IMG/VR virus record: IMGVR_UViG_3300029288_000066
Coordinates: 1-64,000 of that record
Origin: a virus
Taxonomy: Duplodnaviria > Caudoviricetes
DNA: 64,000 nt
Direction: 5' to 3' (one strand)
Below the pieces are notes generated by a model, which did not search any database, was not told the origin of the DNA, and was given only the letters and a program-made list of their open reading frames with translations. Position numbers and translations under genes: made by a program. Shown here one piece after another: positions 9,993 to 20,221 of this stretch (within the stretch, counting starts at the first letter, position 1; the number at the start of each line of letters is the position of its first letter).

Positions 9993-10221
9993 TATGTGTG
10001 TTTTCATAAATAGTTTCTTTTTTAACTATCAAGTAAAATTTTTCTTCATATGGGCACAAACCTTTTCGAAACACTATTCTCCCAAGTATACAACATATAA
10101 GCAGACCTTGAATGTGTGCTGAAATCGATTCTTCTAAATTCTTTTTGTTTTCGTCATTTTGAATCTATTTATATAAAATTAATTAAAATTCTGTATATTT
10201 GCCTTTTTAATAACACATAAG

Positions 10222-11022
10222 ATGAATTTAAGAATAGAAATAAGAAAGATTTTGCTTGAATACTTTTCAACAATAAACAATTGTGATTATCTGGAGTTTA
10301 TGGATTCTCAATACAATCGTTCTCCCATCGAAGAAATATTAAAGAAAAATTCAACAAAAAATGTTAATGAAGGTCTTATTAATTCGGTACCCCCAGAAAA
10401 GACCTTGCAAATACTTAATAAAATTGTTGGTGAAGCTAATATAGTGTTGTTTAGAAATAGGGGAGTTTTGTTTATAAATCTATTAAACATCAAAAACATA
10501 GAGAGATTGTTGTTCTCTATAAAAAACATAGGGTACTTTATTTCTGAAATAATATTGCTAAAAAAAGACTCGGAAGATTTACCAAAAAACTATTTATCAA
10601 TAAAATATTCAGAACAATTATTATATGATTATTTTAAAGAAAAAGAAAATTATAAAATTTTATCAATTCAAGTCAATGGAAAACGCATAAATGAGGTCGA
10701 GTGGGATGGTTTTCTATATCACATTTCAAGCGAGGCAAATCTGCCAAAAATATTAAAAAACGGACTGGTGCCAAAATCAAAGTCTAAAAAAGTTTATCAT
10801 CCCGAAAGAATATATTTCACTAAAGACATAAATGATTCTTTGCTTTTAAAAAGCCAGTTCGAAGAACATTTTAATAACAAAATGGTTATCCTAAAAATTT
10901 CCACAAAAGGGTTAAAAGACTTTAAGCTATATAATGACCCAGATTATTCAAATTATGGAGTGTTTACTCTAGATAATATTCCCCCACAGAACATTAATCA
11001 ATTAGACATAATAAAACCATAA
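10222..11022 (+). CDS. putative virion-associated protein with C-terminal Tpt1/KptA-like ADP-ribosyltransferase fold
   Basis: LYHISSEANLPKILKNGLVPKS...ERIYFT...ILKI...NIPPQNI; N-terminal IRKILLE tag. Confidence 0.55.
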   Translation: MNLRIEIRKILLEYFSTINNCDYLEFMDSQYNRSPIEEILKKNSTKNVNEGLINSVPPEKTLQILNKIVGEANIVLFRNRGVLFINLLNIKNIERLLFSIKNIGYFISEIILLKKDSEDLPKNYLSIKYSEQLLYDYFKEKENYKILSIQVNGKRINEVEWDGFLYHISSEANLPKILKNGLVPKSKSKKVYHPERIYFTKDINDSLLLKSQFEEHFNNKMVILKISTKGLKDFKLYNDPDYSNYGVFTLDNIPPQNINQLDIIKP

Positions 11023-11025
11023 TTT

Positions 11026-11643
11026 ATGAAAAAAAACACTGTTTTACGTAAACTCATTAAAAATATCATAAACGAGTCTATAATGGCTGAAAACGAAATT
11101 GTGCCTCCCAATATCCCCAATTCCATGAACTTTTGGCACGGAGGAAATTTGGATGACTTTAATGACGTCATTTCTCAAAAAAACGGTAGGTATGAATATG
11201 GTCCAGGGCTATATATTACCACTCACTACGACACTGCCAGGAAATACTCAAAGGGAAGTCGAAAGCTTTACCTAATTACAGTAGAAAATGGACAGGACAT
11301 TCAAAACGCCTTTTTAAGTGTCGATAAAATCAAAGAGTTTATAAATACCTATGTGGTCGGTAACAGAAGAAAAGAAATATGGGAAAGATTACAAAAATAT
11401 ATAAATAAAGGTAAGGTGAAGGCATTTATATTTAACAATATTCTACTCAATGAAAAAGCAATAAAACCAGCAAATACAAGGTTTTTAAGAAGCTTCTATG
11501 TTGAGAACGGAATCGACTATGAAATCGTGGATAACGCTTTCGGGTGGGGAGAAAAAATGATGGTTCTATACGATATGAAAAAGATTCTGAATGTAATTAC
11601 CGTTAAGTCAACCGATAAAATTACTGTTTACGATTTACATTAA
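11026..11643 (+). CDS. putative ADP-ribosyltransferase (polyvalent-protein ART-like)
   Basis: FWHGG...YGPGLYIT...ARKYS...LYLITV; N-terminal LRKLIKNIINE tag. Confidence 0.55.
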   Translation: MKKNTVLRKLIKNIINESIMAENEIVPPNIPNSMNFWHGGNLDDFNDVISQKNGRYEYGPGLYITTHYDTARKYSKGSRKLYLITVENGQDIQNAFLSVDKIKEFINTYVVGNRRKEIWERLQKYINKGKVKAFIFNNILLNEKAIKPANTRFLRSFYVENGIDYEIVDNAFGWGEKMMVLYDMKKILNVITVKSTDKITVYDLH

Positions 11644-12655
11644 GCTCGTTTACTTCCACTTTTTTCGAAATCCAATGGCCATGTGCATTGTTAACAGCCT
11701 GCCTGAATTCTGGCCTGACAAATTTTGCTATTGACCGCCTAAAATCAATATAATTAAACTCATCTGCTATCCTAACCACATATCCTTCATTTTTTGCCTC
11801 ATAGGGAGCGAATGCTGCAATTATTTTGTCCCTATCATATATTCCATCATAAATGACAGGAACGGTCTCTAAGCCTAAAATTTTAGCATATTCTACGGTT
11901 TCATCCCAAGAGAGGCATTTATTATCAATCCAAATTGAAAACATAAGGAAATATGAAGGCAAATCATCATATTTTACAGAATGCACAGCATACATGTTCT
12001 CTCCGCATATTCTCATATTGTCATCTAAATTATACCCCATCCTAGACCACAAACCCTTCACCCAGCTCCTTGTTTCATGAGAAGAAAAATCTAATGAGCG
12101 TGCATGAATATAATCATTGTACATGGAAGTGTTTTCTCCGTCCATTTTTAGAGACTCAATTACACGCCTCCCAATAAAGTGGTCATCATTTTCAAGCATC
12201 CTGTCGTCTTTTAGCAAGTTGCTCCATGGCAAATGATAAGTGCGTGGATATTTAACGTACTTTTGGAAATCGTTTAAAAACCCCCCTTCTTTAAGTGCCT
12301 TTTGAACGTTTTCTTCAAAGAACAATTCTCCTTTGAGCCTATTTTCTGTGGGAAGAACAATGTTGCCCCACTTGTCGTATTTGTAGTCGGGGAAAAAGTG
12401 CTCAGGAAGAACAATGTTTTCAATTCCTGCCTTTTCTCTTAGAAATTCACAAGACAATTTTGTTTGTTCTGCTTCAATATGGTGAAGCTCACAAAGAGAA
12501 ACTCCATTGTCAATATAATATCCGCTATCCGAAAACAATCTCCTTTCTAAAATGTGGTGAGCATCCTTTACTGGTTTCCCGCAAACAATACAAGAAAAGG
12601 AGTCTCTTTTGAAGACTCCTTCTCTAAAATCATCCCTTGAAAGAAGGATATTCAT
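11621..12655 (-). CDS. RNA ligase (Rnl2-like) with N-terminal HNH domain
   Basis: KYPRTYHLPWS, KMDGEN (motif I), ICGEN, EGYVVR, AKFVR; N-terminal CxxC..DAHH..NGVSLC..HH. Confidence 0.85.
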   Translation of the reverse strand: MNILLSRDDFREGVFKRDSFSCIVCGKPVKDAHHILERRLFSDSGYYIDNGVSLCELHHIEAEQTKLSCEFLREKAGIENIVLPEHFFPDYKYDKWGNIVLPTENRLKGELFFEENVQKALKEGGFLNDFQKYVKYPRTYHLPWSNLLKDDRMLENDDHFIGRRVIESLKMDGENTSMYNDYIHARSLDFSSHETRSWVKGLWSRMGYNLDDNMRICGENMYAVHSVKYDDLPSYFLMFSIWIDNKCLSWDETVEYAKILGLETVPVIYDGIYDRDKIIAAFAPYEAKNEGYVVRIADEFNYIDFRRSIAKFVRPEFRQAVNNAHGHWISKKVEVNELNVNRKQ

Positions 12656-12657
12656 GG

Positions 12658-12996
12658 TTAAAAACCCCTTATTTTAATCAGCCAGTTTTTAAGCGATTCA
12701 CTTTCAAGCTTCTGCTCATCAAAGTTCGCATATTCATGCTGAATTCTGTATTTAAGAGCATTCTTATCAATAGAATCTTTGGCCTGGTCGTACTCGGTTT
12801 TGATTTTCACCAACTCCTGAGCCATACCATCGTTGTATGACTGGGTTTCTTTATAAACCTCTCTTTTGGCATTTTCCTGGGCTTTCCCAACTGTTTTCGT
12901 GTAAAACACACCAAAGTATCCAGTTGCAAGTTCCAGACCGCATAGAAGCACTACAAGACCCAAAATACACAATATAACTTTAATTCCTGTTTTCAT
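12658..12996 (-). CDS. membrane-anchored hypothetical protein
   Basis: N-terminal TM segment. Confidence 0.65.
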   Translation of the reverse strand: MKTGIKVILCILGLVVLLCGLELATGYFGVFYTKTVGKAQENAKREVYKETQSYNDGMAQELVKIKTEYDQAKDSIDKNALKYRIQHEYANFDEQKLESESLKNWLIKIRGF

Positions 12997-13002
12997 AATT
13001 AT

Positions 13003-13509
13003 TTATTCTATGGTTAATTTAAATGGAGAAACTATCACACGAGGCTCACAATAGACTGGGTGAGATACACCCGCTTCGTCGAGCATCAACAGCCAGGTGC
13101 CTTCGGCAGCTGGAGGCATATAAAGTCCATTTGGCTCGGCCTGCGGGATTTCATAACCATATTCATGCGTATAGTTCCCGTCATGTTCTCTTTTTTCAGG
13201 ATTACTGAACTGTGTTGCATAAGGAATGCCATAGCCTAAACACTTTCCAACGAAAATCAACTTGCCGTTGAATTCGTTCCACAAATAAGCATAGCAAATC
13301 ATTTTTTCCTGGTCACGCAATTCATAAATCATTTTCAGGTTTTTCTTTTCCTGATAATTAATCATTGCGGGAAATCCTACTTGGCGATTTCCTTCAGCAA
13401 TTAACTTTTCCTGGTTAGCTCTCATTTTATCATCGGTGCTATCACCCTGCCAACGGCAAGAGCTAAACAACAGCCCGATAAACATTACTAATAAAAATAA
13501 TCTTTTCAT
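13003..13509 (-). CDS. putative lipoprotein
   Basis: LLFSSC lipobox-like site. Confidence 0.65.
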   Translation of the reverse strand: MKRLFLLVMFIGLLFSSCRWQGDSTDDKMRANQEKLIAEGNRQVGFPAMINYQEKKNLKMIYELRDQEKMICYAYLWNEFNGKLIFVGKCLGYGIPYATQFSNPEKREHDGNYTHEYGYEIPQAEPNGLYMPPAAEGTWLLMLDEAGVSHPVYCEPRVIVSPFKLTIE

Positions 13510-13721
13510 TTTTGTTTTTGTTTTTGTTTTGCCTACTCTGGGTAAGGATTTTCGGCTTCGTCCTTTTATTTTTGCCTTTTTCTTGCGAATGTATCATTAG
13601 TACTTCCATTCGCCAAACGATATGCATCACTTGTTTTTCTGCTAAACAAACGAGCTTTTCTCAAAGCTTCGTGTTCTTCTTTGCTAAATCTTTTTTTCAT
13701 TTTCTTAGTTTTATTAATTTA

Positions 13722-13747
13722 TACGAAATTTTATTAAAAAAGTTATT
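13722..13747 (-). promoter_or_regulatory. ECF-type promoter variant AATAAC-N16-CGTAT
   Basis: recurrent motif. Confidence 0.55.
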
Positions 13748-14393
13748 CCTTTTCTTCTTTAAGTTTCAAACGGATTAATTCCCCACTGTGTCGAAAAGAT
13801 GTTAATGGAAATTCCCACAGCGTGTTGATGGCAAGGCTCAAGAAAGAGTGTTATTTCTAACCAATTGTCAATGATTTTTACATAATAAACATTAGTGTAA
13901 AAAATCAAATTTGTATCAAGAAATTCTTGGAATTGGAATTTAAATTCTTCTGTATCCATATTTTTTGATACTTCCCCCATGTGTTCTTCAAAAAACTTAT
14001 TCACCACCTCCTGCAACTTCTGACCTTTTCTACTGAGAAACCCTTCATCTTCCATTTTCTTTCCCTTTCAATAGACACTCTCTGCAGTCACTTAGTTTTT
14101 TATAAAGAAGCATTTCTTTGTCCTTTCTTAATTCTTTGACTGTTTTTTCCAGCTCCGCAATTTTTCCTTTCCATTCTTTAAAGAAAAGCATTCTCTTAAA
14201 TTCTTTATTTTCTTCTGATGTTAAGCTTTTAAATTTGAGTATTCTTTGTTTTAAAAACTTAACCTTATCCTCCAACTCATCAATGTAGGAAAGCAATTCA
14301 CCTATCTCTTGCCTGGCGAATTTAAGCACCACTGCATCTGGAAGTTTTTCAACTGGATGGTTGTCTTCTGGAAGCATCGACGCCTCTTCAATT

Positions 14394-15533
14394 TTAGTTT
14401 GTGTATTTTCCATTGCCTTGAACAGTTGATTGTTCTTTTTTAACTAATTTTATATTAATGATTTCATCCCTTTGAAGATTATATGAGTGCGTAATTCCTT
14501 CTATTATTACACTTACAGTGCAAGCTCCCATACTTCCTTTTGATATAGCTCGCATAAAGAAGTCATTTGATTTTGTAATGTTTATAATCTTTAATGTTCC
14601 TTCGTTTTTAATAAACACTCTTTCTTTTTTTGTTTGATAATAATAATCTATCACATCTCCATCTTCTGTTTTGTTGTCTTGAAATATTACTTTGCAAGTA
14701 TCGCAATTTACAAAAATAGAATCTGAACCAAAATTTACCAAAGAAAAATTGGGATATTTGGGCATTTTTTTTAAAACATTTCGAATCCTGTTTTTGTCTA
14801 AATTTAACTGTTGTGCGACGTCATAAGGAAGTCCTGTTTTTGAAGTCCACGTTTTTTCAATATTCGCTGGATACACCACAAGTTTTGGTCTGTCATAAAA
14901 AAGGGCATACGCTGCCCAGTAGTTAAACAATCCCATTTGTGCCATTCCAACACTACTTGGTTTTATGGATTTATGAAAATACAATACTGATTTAATATAT
15001 CCATTTTCATTGCCTTCCGTCTTATAATAATAACTTTTAATCCTTCCATCATTATAAGTTTTAATTCGGCCTGACTCTTCTTTATAAAATAAATTTAGAT
15101 TTTCCCAACTGGAAGGCACACATAGTTTTTTTCCTTTAATTGTAGAATTTCCATTTTCTGAATATGCACTTTTCGTTCCAAAACTAAGAAACCCCAAGTC
15201 TTCTTCTATTGTAGAATTTGTATGAACATCAGCAAATTTTCCAACAGCTGACGACTTCTTTGTTGCATCATTATCAACACAATAGTTTTTACTCGTTATA
15301 TACCACAAAGACAAAGAATCATAATATAAATTATATCTTTCTTTAGAAACATAATTTGTGTCATTCTTCAAAGAATCATTACTATATAAGAAAGATAACG
15401 TAGCAACTATTTCAGATGCTTTCTCATCTGTTATCCACGACAAATCTTGAAACCTAACATCAAGCTTTTGTATTTGAGAAAAACTAAATGTTGGTAAGGT
15501 CAAAAGAAATATTAATATAATCTTTTTCATCAC
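14394..15533 (-). CDS. secreted hypothetical protein
   Basis: 379 aa with a Bacteroidota-style signal peptide ending FSFSQ. Confidence 0.65.
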   Translation of the reverse strand: MMKKIILIFLLTLPTFSFSQIQKLDVRFQDLSWITDEKASEIVATLSFLYSNDSLKNDTNYVSKERYNLYYDSLSLWYITSKNYCVDNDATKKSSAVGKFADVHTNSTIEEDLGFLSFGTKSAYSENGNSTIKGKKLCVPSSWENLNLFYKEESGRIKTYNDGRIKSYYYKTEGNENGYIKSVLYFHKSIKPSSVGMAQMGLFNYWAAYALFYDRPKLVVYPANIEKTWTSKTGLPYDVAQQLNLDKNRIRNVLKKMPKYPNFSLVNFGSDSIFVNCDTCKVIFQDNKTEDGDVIDYYYQTKKERVFIKNEGTLKIINITKSNDFFMRAISKGSMGACTVSVIIEGITHSYNLQRDEIINIKLVKKEQSTVQGNGKYTN

Positions 15534-16267
15534 GCCTCCAATGCTGCCAGAGTTTCTCTCAACGACTTTTTCAATTCTTCCTTATAATCTTCTGACTGCA
15601 ACGAAAAATCATTCATCAAAGTTTCCATTTTTAAATGAATGTCTTTAGCTTCCAACTTTGTCGACATCTTGAAGTCATTTGCACTGTCAACCATCAATAG
15701 TGGCTTAAGCAATGCTTCAATTTCTGGAATGATATAGTCTGGGTGACGTTTGATATTTTTAATACTAATCCATGAATAGTCTCCTTTATGTAATACAACA
15801 TTAACCTTTTCTGGAAGGGATTTTCCTTCTCTTGGAAAGTAGTCAAGCCCGTCGATTGACAATACGATGTTTTCTCTTTTCCCTTTATAAACATTTTCTC
15901 TTTTTAATACAAAGAAAACGTCATTCATAAACCCCCTATCGCTTTCAAATCCAAGTTCCTTTAAATATTCATTAACTGCCATGTATTCGAAATATCCTTC
16001 CCTGAACTGTGGATTGTAAAATTCAGTGTTATACTTCAACGAGTTTGTATAACTCTTTGCATTTTCAAGTAAAGTTTCTAAGTTGCTGGTTTGTTTAAAC
16101 CCAGGCACCTGATAGCACCCCGCTTTTACTTTGATAACGTGACACAAATATTTGTCAACATTATACATTCCATGTTCTGTAAGGGAGTTTAAAATCTGTG
16201 TTTTTCCCCTATCTACTGACCAAACCTTATAATGTTCAGCCAATGCTTTAACTGTAATTCTAGACAT
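15530..16267 (-). CDS. hypothetical protein
   Basis: 245-aa ORF. Confidence 0.7.
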   Translation of the reverse strand: MSRITVKALAEHYKVWSVDRGKTQILNSLTEHGMYNVDKYLCHVIKVKAGCYQVPGFKQTSNLETLLENAKSYTNSLKYNTEFYNPQFREGYFEYMAVNEYLKELGFESDRGFMNDVFFVLKRENVYKGKRENIVLSIDGLDYFPREGKSLPEKVNVVLHKGDYSWISIKNIKRHPDYIIPEIEALLKPLLMVDSANDFKMSTKLEAKDIHLKMETLMNDFSLQSEDYKEELKKSLRETLAALEA

Positions 16268-16283
16268 AAAAATTGTTTTTAAA

Positions 16284-18086
16284 TTAATGCAATATTGCGT
16301 TTTTTAATTTTGATTTAATCATTCGTAATGCTTTGGAATCATCTTTTGTAATAGGTCGTTTCCAGATAACTTTATTCTTCCACCAATTAACCGCTTCCCA
16401 AACTTGAGCCTCATCAACTTTTACTCCATCTCTAAACATATCTTCCACAGTCATTCTGACAAAAGCCTTCTCCCACTCTAATTCTTTCAGCCTGGTCTTT
16501 TTTGCCTCAATCAAAACAGGAAGCATCTCAAGATAGTTCTGTCGGTCAGTCCTGCTGTGAATATAGAAATCAAGGTCTTCCAATGATATTTTATCATAAT
16601 TCAAAATAAACCAATCGTCTGGATATAATTTAAAAGCTGTGCGTTTTTTGGGGTCTTCAAAATCATATGTTTTACCAGCAAAAAACAAAACTTTTATTAC
16701 ATCATATTCTTTTTTTCGATAGTCCTTTTCCTTAAGAATATCCTCAACTGTAAACATACAATCCCTTGGTGCATCTGGCAAGTATCTTCTGTATCCAAAG
16801 AACCTTTCATCAAGGTATTCTTTTTTCATTGCACTCCAATCGTAATGATATAAAATTCTGCTTCCCCTTTCAATCTGAGAATTTATTTCTTTTCTCCATT
16901 CTTTAAATGGCTTCCTTCCGCTTGGCAAAATGTTTTCTTCATCGTAAATCAACTTTATAGTATTGCCATAGCTGTCAGGATTAAATATGTTTATCCCTTC
17001 TGGAATTGGAGAGAAGATGTCAGTTCTATCAATGATTCCTTGAAGAACAAGAGAGTTCCTTTGATATTGAAGAACAAGAGAGTCTGCTTTCTTTTGGTCA
17101 TAACTTTTAAAATGCTCTTGTTCCTTTATTTTTTCATATATTTTGTTAATCTCATTTTTTAGTGGGAAAAGCCTTGGGTCAACTGTAAGCGGTGCCCAAA
17201 TTCGATACAAATTATTGCCATTCCTAATCAGAAAATAAGTTTTCATATCTTCATCTTGAAAAATAGCATTCTCGATAGAGCCGCCATAATCCTTTTTGTT
17301 CCTCCTTATTCTGAAGACCACAACCCCCTTTTCTTCTGGCATTATTTTTTTAAAGTGGTTGGAAATCCAATCGTCAAACTTTTTAATGTTTCTAAAGTCC
17401 ACACCATTGTTATCATAAATTCCAACCTCTTCATCCATGAATAATATTTGTTGTCTGAAGCAAATTGGCTGTTCTGTTGAGGCTTTTGACCCCTCAACCA
17501 ATTGTACAACATCTTCATGAACACCAAGATAAAGTTCAATTGTATATAAAATTTTATAAACCTTTTCAAGCTTTTCGCTAAACGCTTCCATAATTGCATA
17601 AAGCTTTCTTGCCTTACGGTCAAGCATTCCGTGTAAACGATGGTGTAACGCCTTAACATAATTCCGCTGGCTTTCCATTTCATTCTTTGCCTTTACTAAG
17701 GAGTCAGCAGATTTAAGATGTACAAGCTGTGTGCTTTCTTCTAACTCATTACTCTCTTCTGATTCCATCCCAAAATCTTCAATGTTTTTCTTCCCCGTTA
17801 TTATATCAAGAACGTCCTGGTCTAATTCTTCAATAGGCCTATCTAGCTTTGAGTAATCTCCCATGTAATATTCAGTGAGCTCTCCATAATGACGCTCTTT
17901 CCCATCATCATCAAGATAACACATCTGAGGTTTTTCTCCATTGAAATTAATGTAAAGCTCAAACCCATCTCTGTGAATGATTTTGTCTCCATGACGTAAA
18001 TCAATACTAGAGGTTAGGTGGATAACCTTATTCACAAGGTCTATTTCACTAGGCTTCGCCCTTTCTATTTCTTCGTCTGATTCCAT
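16284..18086 (-). CDS. large hypothetical protein with coiled-coil segment
   Basis: 600-aa ORF. Confidence 0.75.
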   Translation of the reverse strand: MESDEEIERAKPSEIDLVNKVIHLTSSIDLRHGDKIIHRDGFELYINFNGEKPQMCYLDDDGKERHYGELTEYYMGDYSKLDRPIEELDQDVLDIITGKKNIEDFGMESEESNELEESTQLVHLKSADSLVKAKNEMESQRNYVKALHHRLHGMLDRKARKLYAIMEAFSEKLEKVYKILYTIELYLGVHEDVVQLVEGSKASTEQPICFRQQILFMDEEVGIYDNNGVDFRNIKKFDDWISNHFKKIMPEEKGVVVFRIRRNKKDYGGSIENAIFQDEDMKTYFLIRNGNNLYRIWAPLTVDPRLFPLKNEINKIYEKIKEQEHFKSYDQKKADSLVLQYQRNSLVLQGIIDRTDIFSPIPEGINIFNPDSYGNTIKLIYDEENILPSGRKPFKEWRKEINSQIERGSRILYHYDWSAMKKEYLDERFFGYRRYLPDAPRDCMFTVEDILKEKDYRKKEYDVIKVLFFAGKTYDFEDPKKRTAFKLYPDDWFILNYDKISLEDLDFYIHSRTDRQNYLEMLPVLIEAKKTRLKELEWEKAFVRMTVEDMFRDGVKVDEAQVWEAVNWWKNKVIWKRPITKDDSKALRMIKSKLKNAILH

Positions 18087-18090
18087 GGTA

Positions 18091-18885
18091 CTATTTTATA
18101 TTCAACTCTTTTTTTACCAAACCCAAAGAGTTGTCAAGCTCAATAATGTTTTGATGGTGTGTGACTGCAAATACAGAATGTGTAACCATTATAATTTGAT
18201 ATTTTTTTGCCAATTCTGGAATTACTTCTTTGTGAAACCACATTTGGTTAAACAAATCTAATTGAGAATCCACTTCATCAAGCAACAAAGTTGGTTTGCA
18301 ATCACCTTTAAATGATTTTTTTCTTAATTTTATATAGTCTACAAAACTACTACTAGAGGAATAAAAACTGTCGTTCTTAATTGTCAAATCTGGTACCTTG
18401 ATATTAAGAAGCATTTCAGCAATGCCCTTAATTTGTTGTCCAGAAGATGGGTGATGGTCATGTTTTTTCCAAACAACATCAAGAATATTCCCAATTCCAG
18501 GAATCCATTCCGAACCACCCATACTATAACCCATGATATGAGTCCAATCAATCATGTTGTCGTGATGCATATAAAAACAAGGGTCTCCTGACCACTCTAC
18601 ATCAAGCTTTGAGTTTTTGTCGAAGTCATAAACGTTGGAAAGGTTTTTGTCTTTCATTACATATTCATATTCATAACTTGAGAACTTGAAATAAATAGAC
18701 AATTGAGACCAGCCTCCACCGCCCGTTTGGTCAACGAAACAATAATTTCCAATCGTTTTAAGAAGAAGGCTTTTCCCAACGCCATTTCTGCCCCAAATGA
18801 TATTCACGTCGGGAGCAAACTCGATGTTTTTCTTCTTCAACAAATCGTGAAGAACGCCGCTTTTTATTTTTACTTTACTAATCAT
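18091..18885 (-). CDS. ABC-type/AAA ATPase
   Basis: Walker A GRNGVGKS, SSGQ signature, Walker B LLLDE, VTHS. Confidence 0.8.
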   Translation of the reverse strand: MISKVKIKSGVLHDLLKKKNIEFAPDVNIIWGRNGVGKSLLLKTIGNYCFVDQTGGGGWSQLSIYFKFSSYEYEYVMKDKNLSNVYDFDKNSKLDVEWSGDPCFYMHHDNMIDWTHIMGYSMGGSEWIPGIGNILDVVWKKHDHHPSSGQQIKGIAEMLLNIKVPDLTIKNDSFYSSSSSFVDYIKLRKKSFKGDCKPTLLLDEVDSQLDLFNQMWFHKEVIPELAKKYQIIMVTHSVFAVTHHQNIIELDNSLGLVKKELNIK

Positions 18886-19074
18886 ATTAATCTTTTTTTA
18901 CATTAAGAGGAACATCGCTTCTAATAAGAGACGAGTCTTCAAAATACTGTTTACATGCAGTACAACGAAACTTGTGAAGAACCCATACATATAATGCCCT
19001 TTTCTTCCCGCAAAGTTTACACCTTTGCCAAAGCATTGGTCCTGCACCCCATCCGCTGCCTTTAGTTCTTGCCA

Positions 19075-19467
19075 TTATAGAAATTTTTTAACTGTAAGTT
19101 TATCAATAATGAATGCGGCAAAATCATCCTGCATTTTGGCTGCAACATCGGGCTTTAAACCCATAGCCCCAGTGCCAGTTAATGAACCCCACCCACGAAT
19201 AGAAATAAACAATTTCTTAACTCCATTTTCTTCGTTAAAAATATCAGAATTGCTGTATGATAAATTAACACCATCAACAAAAACTTTACTTTCACCATTC
19301 AAAATAGAAACAATCGTTGATTTTTCTTCATCTGAAAGATATTGTCCATTGTCATGAATCATTTTTGTTGCGAAATCAAAAGCCCTTTTGACATCATTAG
19401 TCCAAACCATAAAGGTTGAATGCTCGTCTTTTTTTAGGGGAAATTTATAATAATCTGTGTATTCCAT
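19075..19467 (-). CDS. hypothetical protein
   Basis: 130 aa, below the promoter at 19497. Confidence 0.7.
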   Translation of the reverse strand: MEYTDYYKFPLKKDEHSTFMVWTNDVKRAFDFATKMIHDNGQYLSDEEKSTIVSILNGESKVFVDGVNLSYSNSDIFNEENGVKKLFISIRGWGSLTGTGAMGLKPDVAAKMQDDFAAFIIDKLTVKKFL

Positions 19468-19496
19468 ATCACTTCGTTCTAGCCATTTCTAGATTA

Positions 19497-19522
19497 TACG
19501 AAATTTCGGGAAAAAAGTTACG
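19497..19522 (-). promoter_or_regulatory. ECF-type promoter CGTAAC-N16-CGTAT
   Basis: recurrent motif. Confidence 0.7.
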
Positions 19523-19533
19523 TTTTTAATTGA

Positions 19534-19902
19534 TTATTTATCTACTCTCTCTTTGTGCCACCAGAATCCTTCGTCAGATAATGTTGAGAACATTTTAACG
19601 GTATCTCCATTCATAACCACATCAAAGTATAGTGTGACATCGTCACTGTCAATTTTTGGGTTTATTTCGTCGTATTCTGAGTTGATTTGTCCACCCAGGT
19701 TTTGAGCCTCACTCCAAGACCCATTACTCATTCTGTCTGATTTGTAAATATCATAACCACCAAGAGTTTTCTTCTTTTTCGCCGAGAAATAAACAGTTTG
19801 TTTATCTGAGGTCATTGACCCATTTATATCATTGTCTTTAGTTGCACATACAAATGAAAACAAAATAACGGCTGAGATGATGATGGTTAATGTTTTCTTC
19901 AT
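19534..19902 (-). CDS. secreted PD40/TolB-like beta-propeller repeat protein
   Basis: GGYDIYKS..WSEAQNLGGQINSEYDEINP..TLYF, typical of Bacteroidota PD40 repeats; signal peptide from MKKTLTII. Confidence 0.7.
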   Translation of the reverse strand: MKKTLTIIISAVILFSFVCATKDNDINGSMTSDKQTVYFSAKKKKTLGGYDIYKSDRMSNGSWSEAQNLGGQINSEYDEINPKIDSDDVTLYFDVVMNGDTVKMFSTLSDEGFWWHKERVDK

Positions 19903-19988
19903 AACATTTATAAAAAACTTCTGAGAGAACTCAGCTGCTTTAGTATGGAGATGAATTATTTTAAACATTTTTGAATTCATTAAATTCA

Positions 19989-20014
19989 TACGAAAATATT
20001 TAACGAAAGTTACA
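19989..20014 (-). promoter_or_regulatory. ECF-type promoter TGTAAC-N16-CGTAT
   Basis: recurrent motif. Confidence 0.65.
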
Positions 20015-20072
20015 TAATATTCTATAAATAAACAAAATTTTTTTATATTTATATATGAAGCACAAAATTGAT

Positions 20073-20216
20073 ATGAAAGAAAACAAAATTAAGTATATAA
20101 GAGCGAGAGTAACCGAAAAAATGAAAAATGACTTCGAGGAACATTGCAGGAAATACAATTATACCCCAACTCAAAGATTGAGGGTTATAATTGAGAAAGA
20201 ATTAAAAACGAAATAA
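20073..20216 (+). CDS. small ribbon-helix-helix-like DNA-binding protein upstream of TnpB2
   Basis: hand-translated MKENKIKYIRARVTEKMKNDFEEHCRKYNYTPTQRLRVIIEKELKTK; ends 5 bp before tnpB. Confidence 0.6.
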   Translation: MKENKIKYIRARVTEKMKNDFEEHCRKYNYTPTQRLRVIIEKELKTK

Positions 20217-20221
20217 AGTAA

